Shown here piece by piece: positions 50,012 through 59,780 of a stretch of 64,000 nt of DNA. Made by a program: the position numbers and the translations under genes. Within the stretch, counting starts at the first letter, position 1. Every line of letters begins with the position of its first letter. Source of the DNA: an uncultured Acidobacteriota bacterium (GTDB lineage: Bacteria > Acidobacteriota > Thermoanaerobaculia > Gp7-AA8); NCBI GenBank assembly GCA_963741955.1, contig CAVUKB010000005.1:1184001-1248000 (forward strand), in the 5' to 3' direction. The notes below the pieces were generated by a model. It saw only the letters and a list, made by a program, of their open reading frames with translations. It was not told where the DNA came from and did not search any database.

Positions 50012-51313
50012 TCATTCGTACCGCAGCGATTCGATCGGATCGAGCTTCGCCGCCTGGTACGCCGGATAGATCCCGAAGAAGAGCCCGATCGAGATCGACA
50101 CGATCAGCCCGATCAGAACCGACCAGACCGGTGTGGACGTAGGCAGCGGACTGACGTGACGTACCACGAATGCAATTCCGTACCCGATCAGCACTCCGAT
50201 CACTCCGCCAACCGCGGCGAGCGTCATCGCCTCGGTCAGGAACTGAATCACGATGTCTCGCTTCACCGCTCCGAGCGCCTTTCGGATCCCGATCTCGCGC
50301 GTCCGCTCGGTCACCGAGACGAGCATGATGTTCATCACGCCCACCCCTCCGACCAGAAGGGCGATCGACGAGATGAAGATCATCGCGAGAGTGATCCCGC
50401 CGGTGATCTTCCGGAAGTTTCCGATCAGTTCGTCCGGCGTCATGATCCCGAAGTCGTTCGGCTTGTTGAACGGAACCTTCCTGCGCGCGCGCAGAACGGC
50501 GGTTCCCTCGTCGGTGATCCGGCTCACCCACTCCGGCTTCCGGGGAACCGTCGCGATGTTCACTCCCACGTCCTTCCTGATCCAGGGGAAGTGCGAATCG
50601 AACGTGGTCAGAGGGAGGTAGACGTGACTGTCCGTCGACTCGAACATCGTCGACCCCTGTTTCTCCATCACTCCGATCACGGTATAGCTTCTTCCACCCA
50701 CCGTGACCTTCTTCCCGACCGGGTCCATGTGGGGGAAGATCGCGTCGACGACGGCGGATCCCAGGACCACCACAGAAGCAGCGTGCCGGACGTCCGCGTC
50801 GGTGATGAATCGTCCTTCTGTCACGTAGTGATTGTTGGCGATCGGATAATCCTCGGTCACGCCGCCGATGGTGTCGGGCGTCGCCTCCAATCCACCGTAC
50901 TTCACCAGCGGAACTTCACCACCATTCCCGCTGAACCAGTAACGCTCCGGAGAAACCGCCGCCATCGCGGGCACCAGGCGTTTGAGCGCCAGCGCATCCT
51001 CGTAGGTGAGGTTCTTCCTCTGGCGCTCGTCCTCGTCGCGGTTGTCGGGTCCGAAACCCGGATCGTATTTCTGAAACTGCACCAGCGTCGCGCCGAACGA
51101 CTGGAAGCTCGCCACCACGCTGTCGTTGAATCCTTGAATCAGCGACACCATCGCGATGACGGTCGTCACGCCGATGACGATGCCCAGAACGGTCAGCGCT
51201 GAGCGGATCTTGTGACCGACCACCGCACTGGCTGCGAATCGGACGTTCTCTTTCACGCCCCAGACCCAGTCGCTGGCGAGGGATCGAACCTTCCGGGTGG
51301 TGACCTCACTCAT
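50012..51313 (-). CDS. MacB-like ABC permease
   Basis: RSALTVLGIVIG, GGVGVMNIMLVSVTERTREIGIRKALGA and LDPIESLRYE. Confidence 0.93.
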   Translation of the reverse strand: MSEVTTRKVRSLASDWVWGVKENVRFAASAVVGHKIRSALTVLGIVIGVTTVIAMVSLIQGFNDSVVASFQSFGATLVQFQKYDPGFGPDNRDEDERQRKNLTYEDALALKRLVPAMAAVSPERYWFSGNGGEVPLVKYGGLEATPDTIGGVTEDYPIANNHYVTEGRFITDADVRHAASVVVLGSAVVDAIFPHMDPVGKKVTVGGRSYTVIGVMEKQGSTMFESTDSHVYLPLTTFDSHFPWIRKDVGVNIATVPRKPEWVSRITDEGTAVLRARRKVPFNKPNDFGIMTPDELIGNFRKITGGITLAMIFISSIALLVGGVGVMNIMLVSVTERTREIGIRKALGAVKRDIVIQFLTEAMTLAAVGGVIGVLIGYGIAFVVRHVSPLPTSTPVWSVLIGLIVSISIGLFFGIYPAYQAAKLDPIESLRYE

Positions 51314-52520
51314 AGCGCAGCGCCTCCACCGGCGGGAGTGACGCCGCCTTCCTCGCCGGGAAGTAGCCGGCGGCTGCGCCGGTGAGGACGGCGATCCCGA
51401 GCCCCGTCGCAATCAAGGCCGGACGGACGAGGGTCGGGAGCGGAAAGATCATCGCAATCCCCCGGCTGATCATCGCGCCGAGCAACACTCCGACGATGCC
51501 GCCGACGAGAGCGAGGAGCACCGCCTCGAGAAGAAACTGCATCCGGATGTTTCTCCGGGTCGCACCGAGCGCACGACGGATCCCGATCTCGTGAGTTCTC
51601 TCGATCACCGAGACCAGCATGATGTTCATGATCACGATTCCTCCCACCACCAGAGAGATCCCGGAGATGAAGATCATCAACGCGAAGGCTCCAGCGGAGA
51701 TGCTCTTCCACGCGGCCTGCACCGTCTCGGCGGTGACGAAGGAGAACGGATCATCATCCTTGAAGCTGGTATGGCGGCGTGAACGGAGGATCACCCGCAC
51801 TTCATCCTCGGTTCTCTGCAACTGGCTGATCCCGCCGGCGGGCCGGATGAAGACCGCGAGCGACTGACGTGACCCGAACGACTTCTGCCACCAGGAGAGC
51901 GGAACGTAGACCCGTCGGTCGCGGCTCTCGCCGAGCACGGATCCCTGTTTCGACATCAGCCCGATCACCCGGACCTTACGGCCGGAGATGGAGATGATTC
52001 TCCCGATCGGATCGAGCTGGCCGAAGAGGCGATCGCGGACGTCCCATCCGATCACCGCGACGGGCGCGGAGTGCTGGTCCTCGGTTTGGGTGTAGAAGCG
52101 TCCCGCTTCGAGATCGAGCCTGGTCAGTTCCGCGATATTCGGCGAGCCGCCGACGATGTCCACGCGATTCAGGTGGTTGCTCCTGAACTTCACGCGCATC
52201 GAAGTCGTGGTCCGCATCCCCACTTCCGCACAGCCGTTGCACCGCTCTTCGATCGCCTGAACGTCCGCGAGGAGGATCGGCTTTCTCTTCAGCGCCTTCA
52301 GGAACTCCTCGCGGGAGGTGATGATCCCGAAACGAGTGGCGACGAAGACATCCGGGCTGAGGTTCAGAAGCTGCGTCCCGACGTAGTTGTTCAGGCCCGA
52401 GATCACCGAGACGACCGCTACCACCGTGGTGACTCCGATGATCACGCCGAGGAGCGTGAGAAAGCTGCGGAGCTTGTGGCGCTGGAGCGCTTCGATCGCG
52501 GTGCGCAGAAGCTCGCTCAT
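51306..52520 (-). CDS. MacB-like ABC permease
   Basis: RSFLTLLGVIIG, MNIMLVSVIER..EIGIRRALGA. Confidence 0.93.
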   Translation of the reverse strand: MSELLRTAIEALQRHKLRSFLTLLGVIIGVTTVVAVVSVISGLNNYVGTQLLNLSPDVFVATRFGIITSREEFLKALKRKPILLADVQAIEERCNGCAEVGMRTTTSMRVKFRSNHLNRVDIVGGSPNIAELTRLDLEAGRFYTQTEDQHSAPVAVIGWDVRDRLFGQLDPIGRIISISGRKVRVIGLMSKQGSVLGESRDRRVYVPLSWWQKSFGSRQSLAVFIRPAGGISQLQRTEDEVRVILRSRRHTSFKDDDPFSFVTAETVQAAWKSISAGAFALMIFISGISLVVGGIVIMNIMLVSVIERTHEIGIRRALGATRRNIRMQFLLEAVLLALVGGIVGVLLGAMISRGIAMIFPLPTLVRPALIATGLGIAVLTGAAAGYFPARKAASLPPVEALRYE

Positions 52521-53758
52521 TTCGTCTCTTTGTCCTTGTCCTTCGTCTCTTTCTCCAGCTTCACGGTCGACCCGTCCTTCAGGTCGCGGAGCGCACGGAA
52601 GGGGCCGGAGACGATCTGCTGGCCCTGTTTGAGGCCGCTCTCGATCTCGATCAGGGTGTCGCCCGTGATCCCCGTCTTCACCGGGACGAAAGCGACTTTC
52701 TCCGCAGCCTGATCGAGGGCATAGACGCCTTCCTCTTCCACCGGCTTCGCGGTGGGGGATTTCGGTCCCTTCGTCGGCTTGTCACGGACCACCAGAGACT
52801 GGATGGGGATCGCCAGCACCTTGCTGCGCGTCCCGGTGACGATGTCGGCGGATGCCGAAAAGCCGGGACGGACTCCGGCAGGAGGATGGTCGAGGCGGAT
52901 TTTCACTTCGAAGTTGATCGCCTCGGTATTGCTCCCCGAGGTGATGTTCTGGATGGGGCTCGAAGCGACTTCCGTCACCGTGCCGGTGAAGATCTTTCCG
53001 GGATACGCGTCGATGGTCACGTTCGCCTTCTGGCCGATCCGGACGTTGGGGATGTCCGTCTCGTCGACTTCCATCACCGCTTCGACGACGCTCATGTCGG
53101 AGATCGTCAGGAGGGCGGTGCCGGGGTTGTTCATCGTGCCGATCACGGCGACCTCGCCTTCTTCGATCGGCAGACGGGTGACGATGCCGGACATCGGGGC
53201 GACGATGGTGGTCTTCGAGAGGGTGTCGCGCGCGCCGGCGAGAGAGGCGCGGGCCTGCGCGATGCGGTTGGTGATGCCGTCCAGGTTCGCGGCCGCGGAA
53301 TCGACGGCGGTCTTGTTCTTCTCGAGCTCTGCGAGAGGAATGACCCGGTCGGCGTAGTTCTTCTTCGCCCGGTCGTAGTTCCTCTGCGCTTCGGCGAGGT
53401 TGGCTCGTGCGGCCTCGCGATCCGCGAAGAGTGCTCTCATCGATGCTTCGGCACCGGCTGCCGACGCTTCCAGTTGCGCCTTGTCGATCTGGAGAAGGAA
53501 GTCACCTTTCTTCACCACCTCGCCTTCGCGGACGGCGAGGTTGACGATCTGTCCCATCACGTTGGCCGAGAGCTCGACCTTCTTCTGGGCTTCGATGCGA
53601 CCGTTCGCCGAGACCTTGCTGGTCAGATCGGTGCGGTCGACCTTCGCCGCCGTGACTTTGATGGCCCCTGCGTCCTTCTTCCGGATCATTCCGACGACGA
53701 CCAGCGCCAGCACGACGATGACGACTGCTCCGATGGTGATCTTGACTGACCTTTTCAT
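52517..53758 (-). CDS. MacA/HlyD-like periplasmic adaptor
   Basis: N-terminal TM; VREGE.VKKGD.L, APMSG and VDETDI..V..GQ. Confidence 0.92.
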   Translation of the reverse strand: MKRSVKITIGAVVIVVLALVVVGMIRKKDAGAIKVTAAKVDRTDLTSKVSANGRIEAQKKVELSANVMGQIVNLAVREGEVVKKGDFLLQIDKAQLEASAAGAEASMRALFADREAARANLAEAQRNYDRAKKNYADRVIPLAELEKNKTAVDSAAANLDGITNRIAQARASLAGARDTLSKTTIVAPMSGIVTRLPIEEGEVAVIGTMNNPGTALLTISDMSVVEAVMEVDETDIPNVRIGQKANVTIDAYPGKIFTGTVTEVASSPIQNITSGSNTEAINFEVKIRLDHPPAGVRPGFSASADIVTGTRSKVLAIPIQSLVVRDKPTKGPKSPTAKPVEEEGVYALDQAAEKVAFVPVKTGITGDTLIEIESGLKQGQQIVSGPFRALRDLKDGSTVKLEKETKDKDKETK

Positions 53759-53907
53759 TCCGCGATCCTCTCCTCGTTACGGGACTGCAAACCGGCACCA
53801 TCGCTGGTGGGTTCACCGGTGTATACGCCGAAGGCGCCGAAGGGTTTCCCTTGTCGGCGTTGAGCTTGCAGCCAACTCCCGCCATGCTGAATGGAAGGGA
53901 GCCGGCC

Positions 53908-55002
53908 GTGTCCGGTCAAGAGGTACAAAAGGCGATTCGTGAAGGATTGTTTCAGGGAGGGTGGCGTCTGGTTGCGCTCGCTCTGATTCTGGTCGCAGCG
54001 TGGTTCGTTCAACAGGTGGTGCTGCTCGCATTTCTCGGGCTCCTGTTCGGAAATCTCGTCACGGGAGGGGTCGACTGGCTGGAGAAGCGCCACTTCAAGC
54101 GGCCACTCGGAACCCTGGCGATCCTGCTCGCCTTCTTCGGAGTCCTGGTGGCGATCGGCTGGTGGATCGCACCTCAGGTGGTGGCTGAATTCAGGCAGAT
54201 TCAGAATCAGCTCCCGAGCGCACTTCACGATCTGGAAACGTGGCTGAGCAGTCGGATGCAGCAGCTGAGCGCCAGCGTAGGAGGCGATGGTGGGAACGCG
54301 TCGGTTCAGCAGGCGATCGACAAGCAGCTCCAGGGGCTGCTCTCTTATGCCTACCCCGCAGTGATGACGGTGGCCTTCACCATCGTCGGGTTCTTCATCG
54401 TCCTCTTCATCACCATTTACCTCTCCGTCGACCCGAATCTCTACCGAAAGGGATTCCTTCATCTGTTCGCCCATTCGAGACGCGAGCGGATGGAACAGAC
54501 CATCGACGAGGTGTCGTACACCCTGCGCCGGTGGATGGGAGGACAGTTGATGGGGATGGCGATCATCGGCGGGTTGACCACCATCGGACTCTGGCTTCTC
54601 GGGGTCAAGACCGCACTCGCACTCGGAGTGCTCGCAGGAGTGCTCGAGTTCATTCCGTTCTTCGGACCGATCCTGAGTTTTTTCCCCGCTGCAGCGGTGG
54701 CATTTCTTCAGAGCCCCCAGCTCGCCCTCTGGGTGCTGCTCCTCTACGTCGCGATCCAGCAGCTGGAAGGGCACCTGATCATCCCCCTGGTGATGCAGAG
54801 CCAGGTTCAGGTTCCTCCGATCCTCACCATCCTGGCTGGCGTGATCTTCGGCACGTTTTTCGGTTTCCTCGGTCTGTTGACGGCGGTTCCGATGACCGCG
54901 GCGGCGATCGTGGTGATCAAGATGATGTACGTCGAAGACCGGGTCGGCGACGAGTTGCCGCTCCCGGGACCGGAGAAGGAGCGAAAGGAGGCTGGAGGCT
55001 AG
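53908..55002 (+). CDS. AI-2E family transporter
   Basis: LEFIPFFGP, IQQLEG.LI.P and FG.LGLL.AVP; start codon uncertain. Confidence 0.9.
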   Translation: MSGQEVQKAIREGLFQGGWRLVALALILVAAWFVQQVVLLAFLGLLFGNLVTGGVDWLEKRHFKRPLGTLAILLAFFGVLVAIGWWIAPQVVAEFRQIQNQLPSALHDLETWLSSRMQQLSASVGGDGGNASVQQAIDKQLQGLLSYAYPAVMTVAFTIVGFFIVLFITIYLSVDPNLYRKGFLHLFAHSRRERMEQTIDEVSYTLRRWMGGQLMGMAIIGGLTTIGLWLLGVKTALALGVLAGVLEFIPFFGPILSFFPAAAVAFLQSPQLALWVLLLYVAIQQLEGHLIIPLVMQSQVQVPPILTILAGVIFGTFFGFLGLLTAVPMTAAAIVVIKMMYVEDRVGDELPLPGPEKERKEAGG

Positions 55003-55033
55003 AGGATCGGGGGTCGGGGTCGGGGGTCGGGGG

Positions 55034-55229
55034 CATACGCACTAACTTTTGCCTTTCTCGTGAGTGCACAGCCCTGTGAATCGGGTCGGCAACGACGAAT
55101 GCAGAATGCAAAATGCAGAATTGAGAGCTGAGAAGAGACCCCAGCCCTTCTTCATTCCGAATTCTGAACTCTGCATTCTGCATTCGTCGGGCGATGGCTT
55201 CACTTCGCTCCTCAAAGTTTGTGCGCATG
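55034..55229 (+). mobile_element. MITE-C, complete copy (196 bp) inside a GGGGGTC repeat tract
   Basis: Imperfect TIRs CATACGCACTAACTTT / AAAGTTTGTGCGCATG; internal inverted (GAATGCA)n arms; partial copies elsewhere in the window. Confidence 0.75.
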
Positions 55230-55305
55230 GGGGTCGGGGGTCGGGGGTCGGGGCTCAGGGGTCAGGGATCAGGGGGTCAAGCCTCGAGCCTCGAGCCCGC
55301 ATTTC

Positions 55306-56442
55306 TCACACGGTGGCGCCGCCGCACGAGCTCCCTGCGCCAGCGGTACAGCCGAAGCAGTGCCGGCGCGTCACGATGCGGCGGTTCTGCCAGAGGTCGA
55401 AATCGAAATCGCGAATGTGCATCGCTTTCCCGTCGGGGAGTGCATCGAGGTCGAGCATCTGGTTGAAATCGCAGTCGTACAGCCGGCCGTCCCAGGAGAT
55501 GGAGATCGTGTTCCGGCACATCAGCCCGTCGATGGCGGCCGGATTGAAAGAGATCCCGAGTTTTTCCATGTAGTCCTCGAGATTTCCCGAGTCGACGAGC
55601 CACTCGAGAAAGCGCGAGATCGGCATGTTGTTCAGGGCGAAGAGACGGTCGAAGCTCACTTCGAGATCTCGCTGGAGTGCAGTCTTCCACTCCTTCTCGA
55701 TCGAGAGCTGGTTCGGAGCGAGGTAGGCGCCCGCAGGATTCATCATCAGCGTGAGAATGCGGCGAGGGTCGCCTTTTCCATAGCCTGCCTCGTTCAGGAG
55801 CCGGAGGGCGGCGATCGATTTCTCGAACGCTCCGTCGCCGCGTTGCGCGTCGGTGTTGCGCTTCCGGTAGTGAGGGAGCGAAGCGACGACCTCGACTCCT
55901 CGGTCGCCGAGCCACTCCACGAGTCCGCGGCTGCGCGGGAGGAGGAGAACGGAGAGATTGCAGCGGTCGATCACGTGCTTGCCGCGGGCGACCGACTCTT
56001 CCACCACCCGGCGGAACTCGGGATGGAGCTCCGGAGCGCCACCGGTCAGATCGACGGTGTGGGCGGTGCTGCGGTCGAGAGCACGGAAGCAGTCGTCGAT
56101 GGTCTCGGCCGACATCATGGCGTCCCAACGGTCGGGACCGGCGTCGACGTGGCAATGGCGGCAGGTCATGTTGCAGAGCTTCCCGAGGTTGATCTGAAAG
56201 ATCTCCAGCATCGAGGTCCGGAGTCCGCTGCGTCCCGATTCCGCGATCGCCTTCTCGAAATCAAGGGATGACCCCGACTCGAGCGAGACGGCGGCGAGGA
56301 GCTCCAGCTGTGTCGCGGGGGTGGCGAGCGGGGAATGACGTGAGCGAAGGGTGCGTGCCGACCGCGGTCCGGGAATCGACTCTTCCCGCGGATCGCGTTC
56401 CTCCGGAGCTTCGCGGATGGATGCCGGGGTGAGGTTCTTCAC
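55306..56442 (-). CDS. arsS: Arsenosugar biosynthesis radical SAM protein (ArsS-like)
   Basis: QINLGKLCNMTCRHCHVDAGP, QRG.G.F, LMCR..ISI.WDG.LYDCDFNQML and HCFGCTAGAGSSCGG. Confidence 0.88.
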   Translation of the reverse strand: MKNLTPASIREAPEERDPREESIPGPRSARTLRSRHSPLATPATQLELLAAVSLESGSSLDFEKAIAESGRSGLRTSMLEIFQINLGKLCNMTCRHCHVDAGPDRWDAMMSAETIDDCFRALDRSTAHTVDLTGGAPELHPEFRRVVEESVARGKHVIDRCNLSVLLLPRSRGLVEWLGDRGVEVVASLPHYRKRNTDAQRGDGAFEKSIAALRLLNEAGYGKGDPRRILTLMMNPAGAYLAPNQLSIEKEWKTALQRDLEVSFDRLFALNNMPISRFLEWLVDSGNLEDYMEKLGISFNPAAIDGLMCRNTISISWDGRLYDCDFNQMLDLDALPDGKAMHIRDFDFDLWQNRRIVTRRHCFGCTAGAGSSCGGATV

Positions 56443-56777
56443 ATCCCTGCCTTTCGGGCGTGCTCCATCATCTGCATCCCATGGACGAGCGAGGCGCCGC
56501 CGCGGATCGCACAAGCGACGTGGACCGCTTCGGTCATCTGCTCGAGGTCCGCTCCCTTCTGCAGACTCTCGGTCGTGTACGCGTCGATGCAGTACGGGCA
56601 CTGGACCGCGTGCGCAACGGCCAGCGCGATCAGTGCCTTCTCACGCTCGGTCAGGGCTCCGGCCGCAAAGACTGCGCCGTAGTAGTCGAAGAACTTCTTC
56701 GCGAGATCGCCCGATCCCTCCGCGATGTCGCCGAACTTCGCGAGATGGTGCGACTTGTAGTAGTAGTGCTCGTCCAC
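56439..56777 (-). CDS. AhpD/CMD-like protein (arsenosugar-associated peroxidase-like)
   Basis: GALT.REKALIALAVAHAVQCPYCIDAYT and IRGGASLVHG.QM; overlaps the arsS start. Confidence 0.88.
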   Translation of the reverse strand: MDEHYYYKSHHLAKFGDIAEGSGDLAKKFFDYYGAVFAAGALTEREKALIALAVAHAVQCPYCIDAYTTESLQKGADLEQMTEAVHVACAIRGGASLVHGMQMMEHARKAGM

Positions 56778-57041
56778 GCTCGTGCTCCTTCTCTGAATGC
56801 GATGCGCTCATTCTAGCCCGGATGGACGCGCACCCCCCCGGCCAGACGGTTCGTGACCGGAACGTCATGGGCGATCCGATGCACTGTTCGATGCAGAGGA
56901 ACGGGAGGAGGTGACGGGGGGGGGCGAGTCCGCCTCGTTGCGCCGCAACACCGCCGGTTGGCGCGGTGCCGCTCCACTGCGATTCCGACTGGCGCGCGGG
57001 CGCTCCGCTGCAACACCGAGTAGCGTCACGCCCATGAAAGG

Positions 57042-57073
57042 TGCTATCATCATTTCGGGAGTTTACGAAATGA
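57042..57073 (+). promoter_or_regulatory. ArsR operator and extended -10
   Basis: TCATTTCG-N8-CGAAATGA palindrome overlapping the ATG; TGcTATCAT upstream. Confidence 0.65.
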
Positions 57074-57507
57074 CGAACCGCCCTCTGACTCGACTGGTCC
57101 GGATGCACAAGTCGCTCGGACATCCGGTCCGCCTTCGCATCCTGGCCATGCTCCGCGGAGGTCCGCTCTGCGTCTGCCAGATGACGGGAGTGGTCCGTCT
57201 CGCCGCTTCCACCGTCTCCGAACATCTATCGGAGCTTCGGCGGGCGGGCCTGATCGCGGAGCGGAAAGACGGGAAGTGGGTGGAGTACCGGCTCGCCGAC
57301 GACCCGGTCGCCGGACAGGTGCTCGAAGCGATCTGGTCCGAGCTCGACCGTGATCCGGAGGCCCAGGCGGACGCCGTCGTTCTGCGGGAGTTGCGCCGCG
57401 TCCCGCTCGAGGAGCTTTGCGGCGCCGGTCTCGATCTCGAGCGGATCGAGCGTCCGGGACTCGGAAAAGCGGTGGCGAGAGCGGCCCGTCTTCGCGACGG
57501 TGCGTGA
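57070..57507 (+). CDS. arsR: ArsR/SmtB family regulator
   Basis: KSLGHPVRLRIL..LCVC..STVSEHL..L...GL....GKWV.Y. Confidence 0.9.
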   Translation: MTNRPLTRLVRMHKSLGHPVRLRILAMLRGGPLCVCQMTGVVRLAASTVSEHLSELRRAGLIAERKDGKWVEYRLADDPVAGQVLEAIWSELDRDPEAQADAVVLRELRRVPLEELCGAGLDLERIERPGLGKAVARAARLRDGA

Positions 57508-57514
57508 GGCGACC

Positions 57515-58573
57515 ATGAGCTCTGCTTCCTCCATCCCGCATCCCGCGCCTGCCAGCCGCCCCGCCCCACGCCGGCGACTCGTCGTCGGGATCGGAGCCGC
57601 CATCGGAGGTGTCGCGCTCTATCTCGCTCTCCCTTCGATCACTCAGTTCATCGCGTTCACGCTTCTCCCACTCTCCCCTTCTTCCCATCTCGGCGCGGCG
57701 GTCGCGTTCTTTCTCTTCGAGGTGCCGAAGGTTCTCCTCCTCCTCACCGGAGTGGTCTTCGTGGTCGGCCTCCTCCGCTCGTTCTTCTCTCCCGAGCGTG
57801 CGCGTCGCCTCCTTTCCGGACGCCGCGAATCGACCGGAAACGTCCTCGCCGCCGTGCTGGGTATCGCAACGCCGTTCTGCTCCTGCTCCGCCGTCCCCCT
57901 CTTCATCGGATTCGTCACCGCGGGGGTTCCGCTGGGCGTGACGCTTTCATTCCTCATCGCCGCTCCGATGGTCAACGAGATTGCGCTGGTTCTCCTGTTC
58001 GGTCTCTTCGGCTGGAAGATCGCCGCACTCTATCTCGCGACCGGTCTCGCGATCGCGATCGTCGCCGGATGGATTCTCGGACGGATGAAACTCGAGCGCT
58101 TCGTCGAGCCGTGGGTGTGGAAGATCGACTCCGGCGGCGAGACGCCTCTCGAGAAGAGCTGGAGCGAGCGATTCGCCGAAGCGCGCGCGGCGGTGCGTGA
58201 GATCGTGGGGAAGGTCTGGATCTACGTGATTGCAGGCATCGCGGTCGGCGCCGGGATCCACGGGTTCGTGCCAACCAACTTTCTCGCCTCGTTCATGGGC
58301 CGTGACGCGTGGTGGGCCGTCCCGGCCGCGGTGATTCTCGGCGTCCCGATGTACTCGAACGCCGCAGCCATTCTTCCGATCGTCCAGGCGCTGCTCGGCA
58401 AGGGAGCGGCGCTCGGCACATCGCTCGCCTTCATGATGTCCGTGATCGCCCTCTCGCTTCCGGAGATGATCATTCTCCGGAAAGTTCTCCGCCCGCGGCT
58501 CATTGCTGCCTTCATCGGCGTGGTGGCCGCCGGCATCCTGTTGGTCGGATATCTGTTCAACATAGTCTTGTAA
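57515..58573 (+). CDS. ArsP/DUF318-type permease
   Basis: TPFCSCSAVPLFIGF, GVPMYSN and ALSLPEMIILRKV. Confidence 0.9.
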   Translation: MSSASSIPHPAPASRPAPRRRLVVGIGAAIGGVALYLALPSITQFIAFTLLPLSPSSHLGAAVAFFLFEVPKVLLLLTGVVFVVGLLRSFFSPERARRLLSGRRESTGNVLAAVLGIATPFCSCSAVPLFIGFVTAGVPLGVTLSFLIAAPMVNEIALVLLFGLFGWKIAALYLATGLAIAIVAGWILGRMKLERFVEPWVWKIDSGGETPLEKSWSERFAEARAAVREIVGKVWIYVIAGIAVGAGIHGFVPTNFLASFMGRDAWWAVPAAVILGVPMYSNAAAILPIVQALLGKGAALGTSLAFMMSVIALSLPEMIILRKVLRPRLIAAFIGVVAAGILLVGYLFNIVL

Positions 58574-58602
58574 ACGCGCATTCACTATTAAAGGAGATAC
58601 CG

Positions 58603-58848
58603 ATGAAGATCGAAGTTCTGGGGCCGGGATGCACCCGCTGCAAGGAAACGTTCCGCGTCGTTCAGCACGTCGTGGAGAATGAGCACCTCGTCGCCGAGGT
58701 GGTGAAGGAGGAATCGGTGGAACGGATGCTCGGTCTCGGCATCATGTCCACTCCCGCGATCGCGATCGACGGAAAAGTCGTCCTCACCGGCCGGGTCCCG
58801 AAGGCGGAAGAGGTGCGGGAGCTCCTCGGGTGCGCCGCAGCACTGTGA
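58603..58848 (+). CDS. Small thioredoxin-like redox protein
   Basis: MKIEVLGPGCTRC..TPA.AIDG.V...G.VP; RBS aaggag. Confidence 0.9.
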   Translation: MKIEVLGPGCTRCKETFRVVQHVVENEHLVAEVVKEESVERMLGLGIMSTPAIAIDGKVVLTGRVPKAEEVRELLGCAAAL

Positions 58849-59264
58849 CGAAGCGTCGGGTACTCTTTCTCTGCACTCACAATTCCGCACGGAGCCAGAT
58901 GGCCGAGGGGCTGCTGAGGGCGCGCGCGGGCGAGCGGTTCGAGGTGGCGAGTGCGGGAACCGAGCAGACTCGCGTCCATCCACTCGCCGTGCGCGCGATG
59001 CAGGAGATCGGTATCGACATCTCCGGCCAGGAGTCGAAGACGCTCGATCGGTTCGTCACCGAACCGTGGGACCTGGTGATCAAGGTCTGCGACGCGGCGA
59101 ACCAGTCGTGCCCCGTCTTCCCCGGCGCTGCGAGCCGGCTGCACTGGAGCTTCGAGGATCCTTCTGCCGCGCAAGGGTCGGACGAAGAACGCCTCTCGCT
59201 CTTCCGTCGCGTCCGCGATGAGATCGCCCGGCGCCTTCGCGAGATTGCAGGCGAGAGCGCATAG
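58845..59264 (+). CDS. arsC: Arsenate reductase (LMW-PTP fold)
   Basis: VLFLCTHNSARSQMAEG, VC..A...CP.FP, HW.FEDP and FR.VRDEI. Confidence 0.9.
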   Translation: MTKRRVLFLCTHNSARSQMAEGLLRARAGERFEVASAGTEQTRVHPLAVRAMQEIGIDISGQESKTLDRFVTEPWDLVIKVCDAANQSCPVFPGAASRLHWSFEDPSAAQGSDEERLSLFRRVRDEIARRLREIAGESA

Positions 59265-59433
59265 CGAACTGATCTGAGGTGGTTCCCGCCTCTGACGCTG
59301 CGGAAGCAGGCTTGTCCTGTCGATGCCTCCGTGGTTGACAGACGTCCTTGGCCGATACGGCTATCTCGCTCTCTTCGTCGGGGTATTTCTGGAGAACGTC
59401 GGAATACCGGTCCCCGGAGAGACGGTGCTCCTC

Positions 59434-59612
59434 GCCCGCATTGCTCACACCATCTCTGCTGCGGAGCCGGATAGCGGCCTGTCTGTTGCGTTGAGCCCCG
59501 CTTCGGCTCCTCAACATAGTCACCACTATGCCTTCGTCGCCGAAGCGGGGCGCGCCTTGCATCCAGGCCACTCTCCGCCTCCTCGCGACGAGATGGTGTG
59601 AGCAATGCGGGC
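59434..59612. mobile_element. MITE-B (179 bp), flanked by a TC direct repeat
   Basis: 23-bp perfect TIR GCCCGCATTGCTCACACCATCTC / GAGATGGTGTGAGCAATGCGGGC. Confidence 0.88.
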
Positions 59613-59780
59613 TCGCGGGGTTCTTTGCACGACGGCACGTTCTCGAGTTGCAGTTCGTCATTCCGATCGCGATCGCTGCGGCGATCGCCGGAGACAATCT
59701 CGGATTTCTGATCGGAAGGCGTGCGGGGCGCGCACGCATCGAACAGGGCCGGCGTTTTCTCTGGGTGACGAAGCGACGAC

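Noticed and set aside
55306-55340. Selenocysteine at the ArsS C-terminus
   Set aside because: The GSSCGG cysteine is encoded by TGC, and the TGA after ATV is at the expected end.
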